51,753 nt of DNA from Planctomycetota bacterium (GTDB lineage: Bacteria; Planctomycetota; Planctomycetia; Pirellulales; Lacipirellulaceae): positions 1 through 51,753 of the forward strand of contig JBCCXZ010000024.1 in assembly GCA_039190745.1 (NCBI GenBank), given 5' to 3'. This document shows, piece after piece, positions 18,555-30,354 of the stretch (position 1 is the stretch's first letter; the number at the start of each line of letters is the position of its first letter). Below the pieces are notes generated by a model. The model saw nothing but the letters and a program-made list of their open reading frames with translations. It did not search any database and had not been told where the DNA came from. The position numbers and the translations under genes are program-made.

Positions 18555-19649
18555 CTATTTGCCGGGGGCGGGGCGGGACCTTGCGATGAGTGCTTCGGCG
18601 TCGGCGGCGGCCCGGGTGTTTGGGTGGCGGTCGATGACGCGGCGGAGGCGGGTGACGGCCTTCGCTTGCTTCCGCGGGTCGGGGTTGCTGAGGAGGGGCT
18701 GGGCGGCGTCGACGACCTTGCGGGCGGTGACCTCGCTGGCGACGGCGGGCAATTTCTGGAGCTTCTCCAATTGTTCGGCCTCTGCCTGCGGCAGCTTGTG
18801 GGGCGCGAACCGGTTGGAGACGGACTCGAGCGCGAGGTAGCGGCCGTAGTCGTCTGTCTCGCTGAGCGGCCGGGTCTGCCGGGCGATGCTGGCCCGCATC
18901 TTGTGCTCGACGAATTGCTGCATGTAGCCGGCGGTCTTCTTGAGGCCCTTGGAATCGGACTTCAGGCCGGAACGGATGGCCGGCGCCGCGGAGAGGTAGT
19001 CGCCGAATTCGAGTCGGCGGACGACGGGTCGGAACTCTTCGGGGAAGCGGTCGTGCTCGAACTTCCACGCGGCTCCCTTGGCGGCGTGCTCGACGGTCTT
19101 GGGGATGTCGTTCCACCACCCCCAGGTGTAGGAACCGTCTGGTTGGACGACGCGGACGTCGACGATGCTGTTGAGGTTGATGGAGACGTCGCCGCTGGCG
19201 GCCTCGAACGAACGGTCTTCGTCGACGATGACGGGCCAGTCGACTTTGTTCTTGCGGACGTAGCTGCGGACATCGGCGCGGCTGCGTCCTGAGATGACGC
19301 CGACAAACAAGACGGGGTCTTCGGCGTGCTCCTCGACCGACTCCATAATGCCGGGCCACTTCGAGGCGCAGACGGGGCAGCTCTCTTCGTAGTACCAGAA
19401 GACGATCCCCTTACCCTGTGCGTCTTCGTAGGTGAGCGGGCTGCTGTTGAGCCACTGGTAGCCGTTGTCGGGGAGGGCGGGCGGCGTGCTGGGGAGTTCG
19501 ATGGCGGAGGCGAGCGGGGCAACCAGCAAGAGCCATACCGAGGCAGCTTCGGCCAGCGGCACTCGGAACGCGGTGGGACGGGCGGGTCGCTCGGATCGAC
19601 TGGATGAGGTCTGGCGGGTTTGTGCCCGCGGTCGGTCGCTGTGTGCCAT
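18555..19649 (-). CDS. TlpA/redoxin-like thioredoxin-fold protein with helical C-terminal extension
   Basis: WLNS.PL, CPVC (CxxC) and WPVIVD motifs; start uncertain. Confidence 0.8.
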   Translation of the reverse strand: MAHSDRPRAQTRQTSSSRSERPARPTAFRVPLAEAASVWLLLVAPLASAIELPSTPPALPDNGYQWLNSSPLTYEDAQGKGIVFWYYEESCPVCASKWPGIMESVEEHAEDPVLFVGVISGRSRADVRSYVRKNKVDWPVIVDEDRSFEAASGDVSINLNSIVDVRVVQPDGSYTWGWWNDIPKTVEHAAKGAAWKFEHDRFPEEFRPVVRRLEFGDYLSAAPAIRSGLKSDSKGLKKTAGYMQQFVEHKMRASIARQTRPLSETDDYGRYLALESVSNRFAPHKLPQAEAEQLEKLQKLPAVASEVTARKVVDAAQPLLSNPDPRKQAKAVTRLRRVIDRHPNTRAAADAEALIARSRPAPGK

Positions 19650-19745
19650 GTTCGTTGCACCACACTTGGGATGTGTTCCTGATTACTGCATCTCACCAAG
19701 CAGCGTCGGGCCGTCAAGGCCCAACGCCCTCTCAACTATACAGAG

Positions 19746-20732
19746 TCAGCCGGCCGCCGGGGAGCAATCAAACTGGACGACGACGTTGCCCCGCTTGCGG
19801 CCTTGGTCGACGTAGCGGTGGGCCTCGACGAGTTGAGCCCAGGGGTAGGTGCGGTCGATGTGGGGGCTGAGCTGGCCCGCGGCGGCCATGTCGGCGAGTC
19901 TCTGCAGGTCTCCGGGCGCGGGCTTGGCTCCGCCGCCGATGACCTTCTTGTCGGTGGTTAGCGTGTCCCAAGGCGCCCGGAGTAGTTGGGGGAAGCTGCC
20001 GAGGATCATGAGGAAACGTCCGCCTGGGTTTAGGCAGCGGCGGCAGCGCGAGAAGGGGGCGGCGCCCGCGGCGTCGAGGATGAGGTCGTAGGTCTGATCG
20101 GACTCGGTGAAGTCGGTTTGCGTATAGTCGATGGTCTCGTCCGCGCCGAGCGAGCGGACGAGTTCGAGGTTGCTCGTGCTGCAGACTGCTGTCACTTCGG
20201 CGCCCATGTGCTTGGCGACCTGGATGGCGGCCGTGCCGACGCCGCCGGAGGCGCCGTTGATGAGCAGCCGCTCACCGGGCTGGAGGTTGCCGAGGCGGAA
20301 GAAGTGTAGGGCGGTGACGCCGCCGAAAGTGAGGGCGGCTGCTTCTCCGAATGAAAGGTTCGCCGGCTTAATTGCTGCACGTTCCGCGGGAAGGCACTTG
20401 TACTCGGCGTAGGCCCCGAAGTCGGGGTCGCAGGATGCGAAGACCTCGTCTCCGACGCTGAAGTTGGTGACGTCTTTGCCAGTCGCCTCGACGACGCCTG
20501 CCAACTCGGTCCCTAAGATCGACTGACGGGGCTTGCTCCAGCCGAACATCAACCGGGCGATGAGCTTGAAGCCGGGGGGCATGTTCATCGCGCGGATGCG
20601 GCAGTCACCCGAGGTAACCGTGACGGCGTTGTTCCTAATGAGGATGTCGCGGTCGCCGGGCGTTGGTTTTTCGACGTCTCGGAACTGGAGAACGCCGGGG
20701 AGGCCGTAGCGTTCGATGATCGCGGCTTGCAT
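19746..20732 (-). CDS. NAD(P)-dependent alcohol dehydrogenase / quinone-reductase-like MDR
   Basis: GTELAG, GAYAEY, NGASGGVGTAA.Q.AK, GAD..IDY and GRKRGNVV motifs. Confidence 0.92.
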   Translation of the reverse strand: MQAAIIERYGLPGVLQFRDVEKPTPGDRDILIRNNAVTVTSGDCRIRAMNMPPGFKLIARLMFGWSKPRQSILGTELAGVVEATGKDVTNFSVGDEVFASCDPDFGAYAEYKCLPAERAAIKPANLSFGEAAALTFGGVTALHFFRLGNLQPGERLLINGASGGVGTAAIQVAKHMGAEVTAVCSTSNLELVRSLGADETIDYTQTDFTESDQTYDLILDAAGAAPFSRCRRCLNPGGRFLMILGSFPQLLRAPWDTLTTDKKVIGGGAKPAPGDLQRLADMAAAGQLSPHIDRTYPWAQLVEAHRYVDQGRKRGNVVVQFDCSPAAG

Positions 20733-20773
20733 AACTGAGTTCGGGGTCACGGTAATAGAGGACGCGAGGTTCG

Positions 20774-21379
20774 TTAGTTTTGAACGACGGCTTCACGCTC
20801 GGCACTCTTCAGCCTTCGGATACGCAGGAGGACGTGCACGACAATGGCCGCGTGGATGGCGACGCCGGCCGTGAAGCCGAGTGTGTGGTCGGCGAGCTCG
20901 ATTCCCTCGGTACGAGATAGGGTCCAGATGGCAGTAGCCGAGACGGGGAGGAAGGCCAAGACCGCGGTGCCGAGGCCCGGGTTGTATCGGCGGAGAACTA
21001 GAGCCTGGGCTACGTGGACGATGCCGTTGAGCAGTGTGGCGTAGGCGACGATCAGCCCGTACCCGAGGTCGACGAGTGAGGAAGCCAGGAACACCGCGGT
21101 GAAGAGGGCCCACACGAGGACCGTGTTGATGAAGAAGACGGCGTCAAGCGTGAGCAGTTCTCGGCCCTTGCCTAAGACGGAGTTGACGAACACCCGGAAT
21201 CGGTCGGCGTCGTGTTCTTCGTATTGATGTAACTGGTACATGGGGAGGTGGAGATAGATAAGCACCAGGGCTAGTGGTGCGTCGGCGAGCAGCGGAACCG
21301 CCAGGGCGAGCAGGACGAAAGCCATCAGGAACCCGCCGTACACCCAGTTCGTCTTGAGCCGTTGGTAGGCCGCGTTCAT
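20774..21379 (-). CDS. HXXEE-domain membrane protein
   Basis: HQYEEH and YNPGL motifs, multiple TM helices. Confidence 0.88.
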   Translation of the reverse strand: MNAAYQRLKTNWVYGGFLMAFVLLALAVPLLADAPLALVLIYLHLPMYQLHQYEEHDADRFRVFVNSVLGKGRELLTLDAVFFINTVLVWALFTAVFLASSLVDLGYGLIVAYATLLNGIVHVAQALVLRRYNPGLGTAVLAFLPVSATAIWTLSRTEGIELADHTLGFTAGVAIHAAIVVHVLLRIRRLKSAEREAVVQN

Positions 21380-21402
21380 TCGGTGCTCTCAGTTGTGGCG
21401 GG

Positions 21403-22335
21403 CTAGGCGTCGTCGGGCTGTTGGTTTCGCGAGGCGAGTTGTTCTTCTCGCGAGAGGTAGCGGGAAAGGGTTCGGTCGGAGAGGAGCTTGCCGCCGGTTT
21501 GGCAGGTGCGGCAGTAGTTGGTTTCGTTGCTGGCGTAGCGGATGCGTTCGACGGGCGTGGCGCAGACGGGGCAGGGCTTGCCGAACTTGCCGTGGACGGC
21601 CATCTCGGGGCGGAAGGCGGTGACCTTCTCTGGGAAGGCGTCGCCGGTCTGCTGGCGGAAGCGGTCGGTCCACTCGGTGAGGGTCTGGCGGACGGCGTGG
21701 TAGAGTCGCTCCACTTCCTCGTCGGTGAGCCGCTTCGTGGTTTTGAGAGGCGAGAGGCGGGCGGCGAGGAGGATTTCGTCGCTGTAGGCGTTGCCGATGC
21801 CGCTGAAGAGCCGGGGAGTGGTAAGGCTGCGTTTGACGGTGTGGTTCTCCTTGCGGAGGGCGGCGGCGAACTGGTCGCGCGTGGCGTCGAGCACCTCTAG
21901 TCCGCCGGGTTGGTGGGCGTCGAGGCCGGGCTCGCCGAGGACGACGTGCACGGAGGCCCGCTTCTTGGGGCTGGCTTCGGTGAGGAAGAGCGTGTCGACG
22001 ATGTCGCCGTCGGGTGGGGCGTCTTCGCAACCCTCGGTGAAGTGCAGGGCGGCGAGGTCGGTCTTGCCTTTGGGTCGGGCGCCTGGCTTCTTGCGGTGGA
22101 AGCGGCCGGCGATCATGAGGTGGACCACGAGGAACAGCTCGTCTTCGAGTTCCCAGACGATCCGCTTGCCGAGCCGACGGAAGCCGAGCACGCGACGTCC
22201 CTCGGCCTCGAACAGGTCGGGTGCGATCGTACGGACGAGGAAGGGGCTCTTCAGGTCGATGCGGCGGATGCGTTTGCCCGTGTAGAAGCGGTCGAGCGAC
22301 TCGCAGTAGACGACGACGTCGGGGAGTTCGGGCAT
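21403..22335 (-). CDS. Fpg/Nei family DNA glycosylase/AP lyase
   Basis: N-terminal MPELP, RLGK, HLMIAG, GIGNAYSDEIL (H2TH) and CPVC..CRTCQ zinc finger. Confidence 0.93.
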   Translation of the reverse strand: MPELPDVVVYCESLDRFYTGKRIRRIDLKSPFLVRTIAPDLFEAEGRRVLGFRRLGKRIVWELEDELFLVVHLMIAGRFHRKKPGARPKGKTDLAALHFTEGCEDAPPDGDIVDTLFLTEASPKKRASVHVVLGEPGLDAHQPGGLEVLDATRDQFAAALRKENHTVKRSLTTPRLFSGIGNAYSDEILLAARLSPLKTTKRLTDEEVERLYHAVRQTLTEWTDRFRQQTGDAFPEKVTAFRPEMAVHGKFGKPCPVCATPVERIRYASNETNYCRTCQTGGKLLSDRTLSRYLSREEQLASRNQQPDDA

Positions 22336-22517
22336 GGGAACTAGTATATCCCGTGGGCGCGTCGCCCGAGCTCAATGGGCTACACGACTTAGATGAGCCG
22401 GAAAGCGGGAACGGTGCGCGGCTGAGGCGGGGCTGGGCCTAGATGATGGGCGGCGGCGTATCGGTTACGCTAACGGCTGACACGAACATTATTCAAGACT
22501 TCACCGAACGGATTGCT

Positions 22518-24380
22518 ATGGGACGCGTGACGGGATCTTGCATCCTGGTGCTGATGCTTGCCGGGCCCGCTGCTGCCGCGGGCCGACCGAATATCCTGGT
22601 CGTCTGCGCCGAGGACTTGTCGCCGTTTTTTGGTTGCTACGGGCACGCGGAGGCAAGAACGCCGAACATCGACGCGTTCGCGGCCGGGTCGACTCTCTTC
22701 AGGCACGCCCTGACCACGGCGCCCATCTGCGCCCCGTCGCGGTCTTCGCTGGTGAGCGGGATGCACGCCGAGTCGCTGGGGACTCAGCACCTGCGTTCGG
22801 AAGTTCAGATCCCCACGGCGGTGAGACCATTGCCGAAGGTGCTAAAGGAGCACGGTTATTGGACCGCCATCCGCGGCAAATCGGATTACAACTTCAGTGC
22901 GAAGGGGCTCTACGACTCGTGGGTTGGGGCCGAGACCGTCCCCTGGGAGGCGTGCCCCGAGGGCAGGCCGTTCTATGTGTTCATGAACCTGGGTGCGACG
23001 CACGAGGGGACGGGCAATGCAGCGGCACGTGCCGAGCGTTTCTTGAAGAAGGTCGGCCATCGGCGCGACCCAGCTACGTGCGTTCCGCCGCCGTACTACC
23101 CCGACACGCCGCGGATGCGTGAACTGTGGGCCCGCTACCATGACCTGGCGACCGGCTTCGACATCGACTTCGGCGAGACGCTCGCGCGGCTCGAGGCGGA
23201 CGGGCTTGCGGACAACACGATTGTCGTGCTGCTGTCTGATCACGGGCACGGCATGCCGCGTTACAAGCGGTGGCTGTACCTGACGGGGCTGCACGTTCCT
23301 CTGATTGTCCACGTGCCGGGGCAGGCGGGTCGAGCCGTCGAGCGGCCGGTGTCGATGATCGACCTCCCGGCTACGGTGCTGGCCTTGGCGGGAGCGGAGG
23401 TGCCTGATGTTTATCAGGGCAAGCCGCTTGAGACTGACGGCGGAGGCGGCAATCGTCTGCCGATCTTTGCGGCCCGCGATCGGGCGGACGACATGTACGA
23501 CCTGTCGCGGCTGGTCTTCGACGGCGAGTACGTTTACATCCGCCACTTCACGCCGTACCTGCCTTACTTGCAGGAAGGCTACATCTTCAGCGACGCGAAA
23601 GACTCACTGCGTGAGTTGCGGCGGGTCCATCTGGCGGGCGAAGACACGGCGGAGTCGGCAAAGCTGTGGTCCCCGCGGCCGCTGGAAGAGCTTTACCACA
23701 TCCCCAGCGACCCCGAGGAGTTGGTCAACCTGGCGGGCGACCCGGCGCACCAAGAAACCCAGCAAAGGCTGGCCGGGACGCTCAAGCAGCATATCTTAGC
23801 CGTTCGCGACACGGGGTTCCTCTGGGAACCCGAGATGCACCGCCGGGCCGTGGAGAATGGCGTCACGCCGTTTGAGGTCGCTCGAGACCCGGCTCTTTAC
23901 CCGCTGGAGCGTGTGGTTGATGCGGCGTGGCGGGCCGGTGCTGAAGACCTTGCGGATTTGCTCTCGGACCCCGATCCCGCGGTTCGATTCTGGGCGTTGC
24001 AGTCGGAGTTGATCCGGGGGCAGAGACGGCCCGGGTTGGTGAGGCCGCTGCTCGAAGACGGCAACGCCTTGGTGGAGGTGACCGCTGCCGAAGTGCTCGC
24101 GCGGTCTGGCGAGACACAGCCGGCCCGCTCGGTGTTCCTGCGGTACCTCAATGCGGCGGAGCCGCGGCTGCAACTCTACAACGCACGTGCGTTGGCGTTG
24201 TCGCTCGACGATGTCGGCCCGATCGAGCCCGAGGTGCGTGATGCGCTGCTCAGGCTACGCGACCCCGGCGGGAACCCGTACGTACCCTACAAAGACTTCA
24301 TGTACTCGGCCTTCACGAGCTGGGCGCTGGAATCGAGCCTGGTCAAGTCCGGGCTGGCAGAGTTCAAGGACTTCAAGTAA
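22518..24380 (+). CDS. Formylglycine-dependent sulfatase (S1) with C-terminal HEAT-like region
   Basis: RPNIL, TPNID, CAPSR, GK.D, SDHG, VPLI and EELY..DP.E..NLA motifs; signal peptide. Confidence 0.93.
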   Translation: MGRVTGSCILVLMLAGPAAAAGRPNILVVCAEDLSPFFGCYGHAEARTPNIDAFAAGSTLFRHALTTAPICAPSRSSLVSGMHAESLGTQHLRSEVQIPTAVRPLPKVLKEHGYWTAIRGKSDYNFSAKGLYDSWVGAETVPWEACPEGRPFYVFMNLGATHEGTGNAAARAERFLKKVGHRRDPATCVPPPYYPDTPRMRELWARYHDLATGFDIDFGETLARLEADGLADNTIVVLLSDHGHGMPRYKRWLYLTGLHVPLIVHVPGQAGRAVERPVSMIDLPATVLALAGAEVPDVYQGKPLETDGGGGNRLPIFAARDRADDMYDLSRLVFDGEYVYIRHFTPYLPYLQEGYIFSDAKDSLRELRRVHLAGEDTAESAKLWSPRPLEELYHIPSDPEELVNLAGDPAHQETQQRLAGTLKQHILAVRDTGFLWEPEMHRRAVENGVTPFEVARDPALYPLERVVDAAWRAGAEDLADLLSDPDPAVRFWALQSELIRGQRRPGLVRPLLEDGNALVEVTAAEVLARSGETQPARSVFLRYLNAAEPRLQLYNARALALSLDDVGPIEPEVRDALLRLRDPGGNPYVPYKDFMYSAFTSWALESSLVKSGLAEFKDFK

Positions 24381-24412
24381 CGCCTGGGGGCTCACGCCGA
24401 GCGAGATGGCGT

Positions 24413-25021
24413 CTACGCGAACCGGTCGGTAACGACCACGTCGGACTTGGGGAGCTGGCCTCCGCGGCCGTGGGCCGGCTTGAGGGCTTTGCCGATAACC
24501 AACAGCATGCCGACGACGTGGTCTTCGGGGAGGTTGATCAGCTGGGCGACCTTCACGGGGTCGAAGCCGATCATGGGGCAGGAGTCGTAGCCCATGCCCT
24601 TTGCGGCAACCATGAGCGTCTGGGCGGCGATGCCAACGGAGCGCATGGCCTCGTCGCGTTGGACGGTTTCGCCGGCCTTCGAGTAGAAGTCGCCGATCAT
24701 GGGGACCAGCATCTTCTGGGTCTCTTCGGGGGCGTTCACCCAGTAACGTGCGGCGTCTTTGTCCCAGGCTTTCAGGTCGGCACAAAGCAGGAGTGTGAGC
24801 TGCGCTTCTTCAACCTGGGCCTGGTCCCACGCGGCGGCGCGGACTTGCTTCTTGAGCTCGGGGTCGTCCACAACGACGAACCGCCAGTTCTGGATGTTGA
24901 ACGACGTGGGCGAGAGCAGAGCGAGGTCGAGCAGCTTCTGCTTGTCGGCTTCGGGCATCTCGGCGGAGGTGTCGTAGTGCTTGACGGCGCGGCGGGCTTC
25001 GATGGCGGCGAGGGCGTCCAT
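24413..25021 (-). CDS. Nitroreductase family protein
   Basis: RRAVKHY, SPTSFNIQNWRF and GYDSCPMIGFD motifs; real start MDALAA at 25021. Confidence 0.92.
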   Translation of the reverse strand: MDALAAIEARRAVKHYDTSAEMPEADKQKLLDLALLSPTSFNIQNWRFVVVDDPELKKQVRAAAWDQAQVEEAQLTLLLCADLKAWDKDAARYWVNAPEETQKMLVPMIGDFYSKAGETVQRDEAMRSVGIAAQTLMVAAKGMGYDSCPMIGFDPVKVAQLINLPEDHVVGMLLVIGKALKPAHGRGGQLPKSDVVVTDRFA

Positions 25022-25120
25022 GGTCGAGGGCTCCTGGGAGCGGGAGGCGTTGGGTATAGTCTTGCGCGGCGTGCCGCGGAGGTCGACAATGAACCACAAC
25101 CCCACGCGGAATTCAACCGG

Positions 25121-25828
25121 ATGACCAAAGCGAAGGTGCTGGCGGCGTTGCGGGAGGCCGCGGACGCGGAGAAAGCCGCGTTCTACCCGAGCTTCTTCAA
25201 GGCGGGGAAAGGCGAGTACGCCGAGGGGGACAAGTTCCTCGGGGTGGTGGTGCCGGAACAGCGGAAGATTGCGCGGCGGTTCCGCGGATTGCCGCGGCGG
25301 GAGGTGGAGAAGCTGCTCGATTCGCCGTGGCACGAGTGCCGGCTGACGGGGCTTCTCATCCTGGTGGAACGATACCAACGCGGCGGCGACACCGAGAAGG
25401 AATCGGCGGCGGAGTTCTACCTGCGGAAGCTCGACCGCGTGAACAACTGGGACTTGGTCGACGCCTCGGCCCACAAGATCCTCGGCCCGCACCTGGAAGA
25501 CCGCGACCGGACGGTGCTGTACGAGCTGGCCGGCTCGGGCGAACTGTGGCGGGAGCGCGTGGCGGTGATCGCGACGCTGCACTTCATTAAGCAGGGCGAG
25601 TTCGATGACACGCTGCGGCTGGCGGACCTGCTGCTGGAGCACGAGCACGACCTGATCCACAAGGCGGTCGGCTGGATGGTGCGCGAGGTGGGCAAGCAGC
25701 ACCTGGCGACGATGGAGCGGTTCCTCAAGCCGCGCTACCAGCGGATGCCGCGGACGATGCTGCGGTACGCGATCGAGAAGCTGCCGGAGGCGAAGCGGAA
25801 GCGGTATCTGGCGGGGAAGATCCGATAG
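25121..25828 (+). CDS. DNA alkylation repair protein (AlkD-like)
   Basis: FFK.GKGEY.EGD.FLGV.VP, NNWDLVD, W..R, DLIHKAVGW and PRTMLRYAIEK motifs. Confidence 0.9.
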   Translation: MTKAKVLAALREAADAEKAAFYPSFFKAGKGEYAEGDKFLGVVVPEQRKIARRFRGLPRREVEKLLDSPWHECRLTGLLILVERYQRGGDTEKESAAEFYLRKLDRVNNWDLVDASAHKILGPHLEDRDRTVLYELAGSGELWRERVAVIATLHFIKQGEFDDTLRLADLLLEHEHDLIHKAVGWMVREVGKQHLATMERFLKPRYQRMPRTMLRYAIEKLPEAKRKRYLAGKIR

Positions 25829-25873
25829 CTAGGGTTTGCTATCGGAAATCGAATCGGCAGTGCGAGCCGAAGA

Positions 25874-26413
25874 CTACTCGAAGAACCGCGAGACCTTCGC
25901 CGCAAACCCGTCGAGGATGCCTGGCAGGGTTAGCTCGTCATCCGCTTGGAAGACACGGATAGAATTGTCGCAACCGAAGGTTCGTATCGTCTGCGTATTG
26001 TCATCGGCAACGCAGACGGCCTCGACTCCGGCAGCGAGGTACTCTTCGATCTTCGATAGTACGTCGCTCCAACTGCAGTTCCGCGAGAGTACCTCGAAGA
26101 CAACTTCCGGGTGTACGTTCAGAAGTCCCTGTGGCATCGGCCCTTAGGGGACTCGCTCAAGGCTGTAGAAGGCGATATCTGGACCACGAACCGTATCTGG
26201 CTTCCGCCGCGTGATCATGCCGGCGTTGTTGCCAACGACATGGCCGAGGCCATGGCATCGGACAAACTGCTGGAGTAGATATCCGACATCTGCACAGATT
26301 TGCCCGTGACGAGGCGACTCCGGGGGATTGCAAGCAATGATTCCGTCGACCAATTCCACGCGACCGTCGGGTTGGTCCGATATCTCGATGTACTGTTCTG
26401 CTGACAGAAGCAT
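25874..26413 (-). pseudogene. Uma2 family (PD-(D/E)xK) endonuclease interrupted by an in-frame TAA
   Basis: ELVDG, HG, RGPDIAF | stop 26144-26146 | P...EVLS, K...YL.AGV and LPGILDGF all in one frame. Confidence 0.85.
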
Positions 26414-26531
26414 GGATCACGGGTCTCGGAGGTTGTTGCCTCCAGCAGCTTACCCAGATTGACGCATGCGTATACGCGATCTCTGTTCGAGCCTTTTCCG
26501 AAAGCGCTACCGTCAACTAGAGCCTAGCGGA

Positions 26532-26555
26532 ATCGGGCTCGGAGAGCCCTCCTAC
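26532..26555 (-). repeat. REP family A copy (GTAGGAGGGCTCTCCGAGCCCGAT)
   Basis: 23/24 identical to 946-969. Confidence 0.85.
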
Positions 26556-26610
26556 AGAAGGTTTGTGTGGCCAGAGCCCACGATGGGCATCGTCGATTAA
26601 TCTGGGACAA

Positions 26611-28077
<1,467 letters not shown>

Positions 28078-28171
28078 AACGGGCTCTTGGCTTGAGAGGG
28101 ACTGCACGGCGATTATAGCGCCGCTGTAGTCACTGCCAACCGAAGGCCAGCCGAGGGCGTAACGCCCGCTG

Positions 28172-29794
28172 CTACTCGGCGCCCGTCTCGGCCTTTTCCG
28201 CAGGTTCCGCCGGCGCCTCGTCCAGAGCCGAACCGTAGAAGGCCAGCAAGTCCTTGCGGAGCTTCTCCAGCGACGGCTCGTGGACGTACATCATGTGCCC
28301 TGCGTCGTAGTACTCGACCGAGAGGTTCTCCCGCAGGTGCTCGGGCAGGCCGAGGTGGTCGAGGGTGTACCGCATGGCGTACTGCGGCGTGGCGAGATCG
28401 TAGTGCCCGAGGGCGGCGAAGACCTTGAGGTAGGGGTTCGCCGTCATCGCCTTGCGGAGCGTCTCGGAGGCGTTGACGTAGCGGTTCTCAAACCCGTCGT
28501 AGCTCCAGGGCTGGACGTTGCGGGTGAGGATCTCGTAGACCCGTTCGCTGCGGTACTCCAACTCGCGGTGGAGGTAGTCGTTCATCGCCGAGGTGTACGG
28601 GCCGAACAGGGCGGCGCCGCTGGGGTCGTACTCGGTCGATTCTCCGGCCTGGTCGCGGTCGACGCCGGTGTAGCGACTGTCGAAGCGGCCGACGGTCTGC
28701 TCGCGGTCGCGGAGCAGCTCTTTGCCGAACCGCCACATGACCAGCCGCAGGTCGGAGCGGTCGACGTACTCGGCGTCGAGGCCGGTCAGCCGGGCAATAC
28801 GTTTGACGAGCTTGGCCCGCTCGTCTTTGCCAAGGGCGTCGCCCTTGAGCAGGGCGGGCAGGTATTCGTCTTGCGCAAAGCGTTCGGCCCGCTCGACAAC
28901 TTTTTCAAGCGGCAGCCGCTGCAGGTTTTCCGGCAACGCCTTGTGGTACCAGGCCGTGGCTGTGTAGCTCGGCAGGAACAGAGCGTAGGGCAGCTGGTTG
29001 TCGCGACTAAAGCGGAGCGTCTGGAAGTCGACCACCGCCGAGATGAGCACCACGCCGTTGAGGTACATGTTGTACCGGTCTTGGAGTGTGCCGGTGAGGC
29101 CCGCGGCACGCAGGCCGCCGTAGCTCTCGCCGAGCACGAACTTGGGCGACGCCCAGCGGCCATACTCGGTGGTGTAGTCGTGGATGAACTGGCCGACGCT
29201 CTTGAGGTCTTCCTGGTAGCCGTGGAACTGCTTCTTGTCTTCGTCCTCGGCGGGGCGACTGTAGCCGGTGCTCACGGGATCGATGAACACCAGGTCGGTG
29301 CGGTCGAGCAGTGAGAACGGGTTGTCGACCACCGCGTGAGGCGGGCGGGCGGGCTGGGCGTCGCTGGGCACCACGACGCGGCGCGGGCCGAGCATCCCCA
29401 GGTGCAACCAGACCGACGACGAGCCGGGGCCGCCGTTGAAGCAGAAGGTGATCGGGCGTGTGGTCGGGTCGTCGACGCCGTCCTTCGTGTAGGCGACGAA
29501 GAACACCCGGGCTTTCTTGTCGCCCGCGTCGTTCTTCATGACCATCTCGCGGGCCGTGGCGGTGTACGCCAGCTCGACGCCGTCGATGGCGACGGTGTGC
29601 TGCGTCACCTTCGTGTTCTCGTCGGATTCCGCCGCGGCCCCAGCGTCTTTGACATCGGCGTCTTTGCTCGACTCCGACGCTACCAAGGAACTGCCGTCTT
29701 CCGCGGCCGCTTCGGTCGATTCCTCGGCGGCGGAGACGTGGGACCATCCGGACAAAGAGCACAGCATGAACAAAGCGAACACGGAGCGGGACAT
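28172..29794 (-). CDS. Serine carboxypeptidase, peptidase S10 family, secreted
   Basis: [31 protein letters not shown] and AGHMMY motifs. Confidence 0.93.
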   Translation of the reverse strand: MSRSVFALFMLCSLSGWSHVSAAEESTEAAAEDGSSLVASESSKDADVKDAGAAAESDENTKVTQHTVAIDGVELAYTATAREMVMKNDAGDKKARVFFVAYTKDGVDDPTTRPITFCFNGGPGSSSVWLHLGMLGPRRVVVPSDAQPARPPHAVVDNPFSLLDRTDLVFIDPVSTGYSRPAEDEDKKQFHGYQEDLKSVGQFIHDYTTEYGRWASPKFVLGESYGGLRAAGLTGTLQDRYNMYLNGVVLISAVVDFQTLRFSRDNQLPYALFLPSYTATAWYHKALPENLQRLPLEKVVERAERFAQDEYLPALLKGDALGKDERAKLVKRIARLTGLDAEYVDRSDLRLVMWRFGKELLRDREQTVGRFDSRYTGVDRDQAGESTEYDPSGAALFGPYTSAMNDYLHRELEYRSERVYEILTRNVQPWSYDGFENRYVNASETLRKAMTANPYLKVFAALGHYDLATPQYAMRYTLDHLGLPEHLRENLSVEYYDAGHMMYVHEPSLEKLRKDLLAFYGSALDEAPAEPAEKAETGAE

Positions 29795-29875
29795 CTGCTG
29801 CACCTCTAGGAGAGAACGTAGCCAAATGGGCCAGGGGGACCGCAAGTTTAGCTTACGCGGGGCGGCGTGTCCGGT

Positions 29876-30130
29876 TCACGCGAGCCGGTGCAGCACGGCA
29901 CGCAGCAGGCCGCAGAGCTGGGGACGAGTCGCCTCTTTGAGCCACTTCTGGGCCTCGGGACCTGGGTCGGGCGCGGCGAAGAGGTCTTCCGAGAGCTTCT
30001 CGCAGAGGCTGAAGAGGAGGCGGCGCGTTTCTTCGCTGAGAGGTTGCGCGCTGGGAGAATGATCAGTGCTGGCGTCGAGATCGGGGGGATTGGGATGGTC
30101 TGAGTTGGGCGTATCGGGTTCGTTGCTCAT
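29876..30130 (-). CDS. Small hypothetical protein (84 aa), member of a three-copy family
   Basis: AAGGAG RBS; C-terminal similarity to 30355-30576 and 51143-51361. Confidence 0.7.
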   Translation of the reverse strand: MSNEPDTPNSDHPNPPDLDASTDHSPSAQPLSEETRRLLFSLCEKLSEDLFAAPDPGPEAQKWLKEATRPQLCGLLRAVLHRLA

Positions 30131-30354
30131 TGCTTGTCGCTCCTTCCGGCAGCTTCTATTCCACTAGAGTCTCGTCTTTGCTGTCTGTGATGCCGCTTCG
30201 GCCTTTCCGTTCCGTGAGCTATGCGTACATTTCGAACGGGCTTTGCATGATTTTAACTGTTCGAAGAGCGGAGTATCTACCGTGGGCTGCATTTGGATCG
30301 CAACATGGCAGGTCGTCAACGGGCTATACCGAGTTGGCTAACCAAAGGTTTTTT

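Noticed and set aside
24413..25828. Apparent long fusion ORFs 24413-25702 (-) and 24470-25828 (+)
   Set aside because: Each is the antisense shadow of one gene joined to the other; the real genes are divergent from 25021 and 25121
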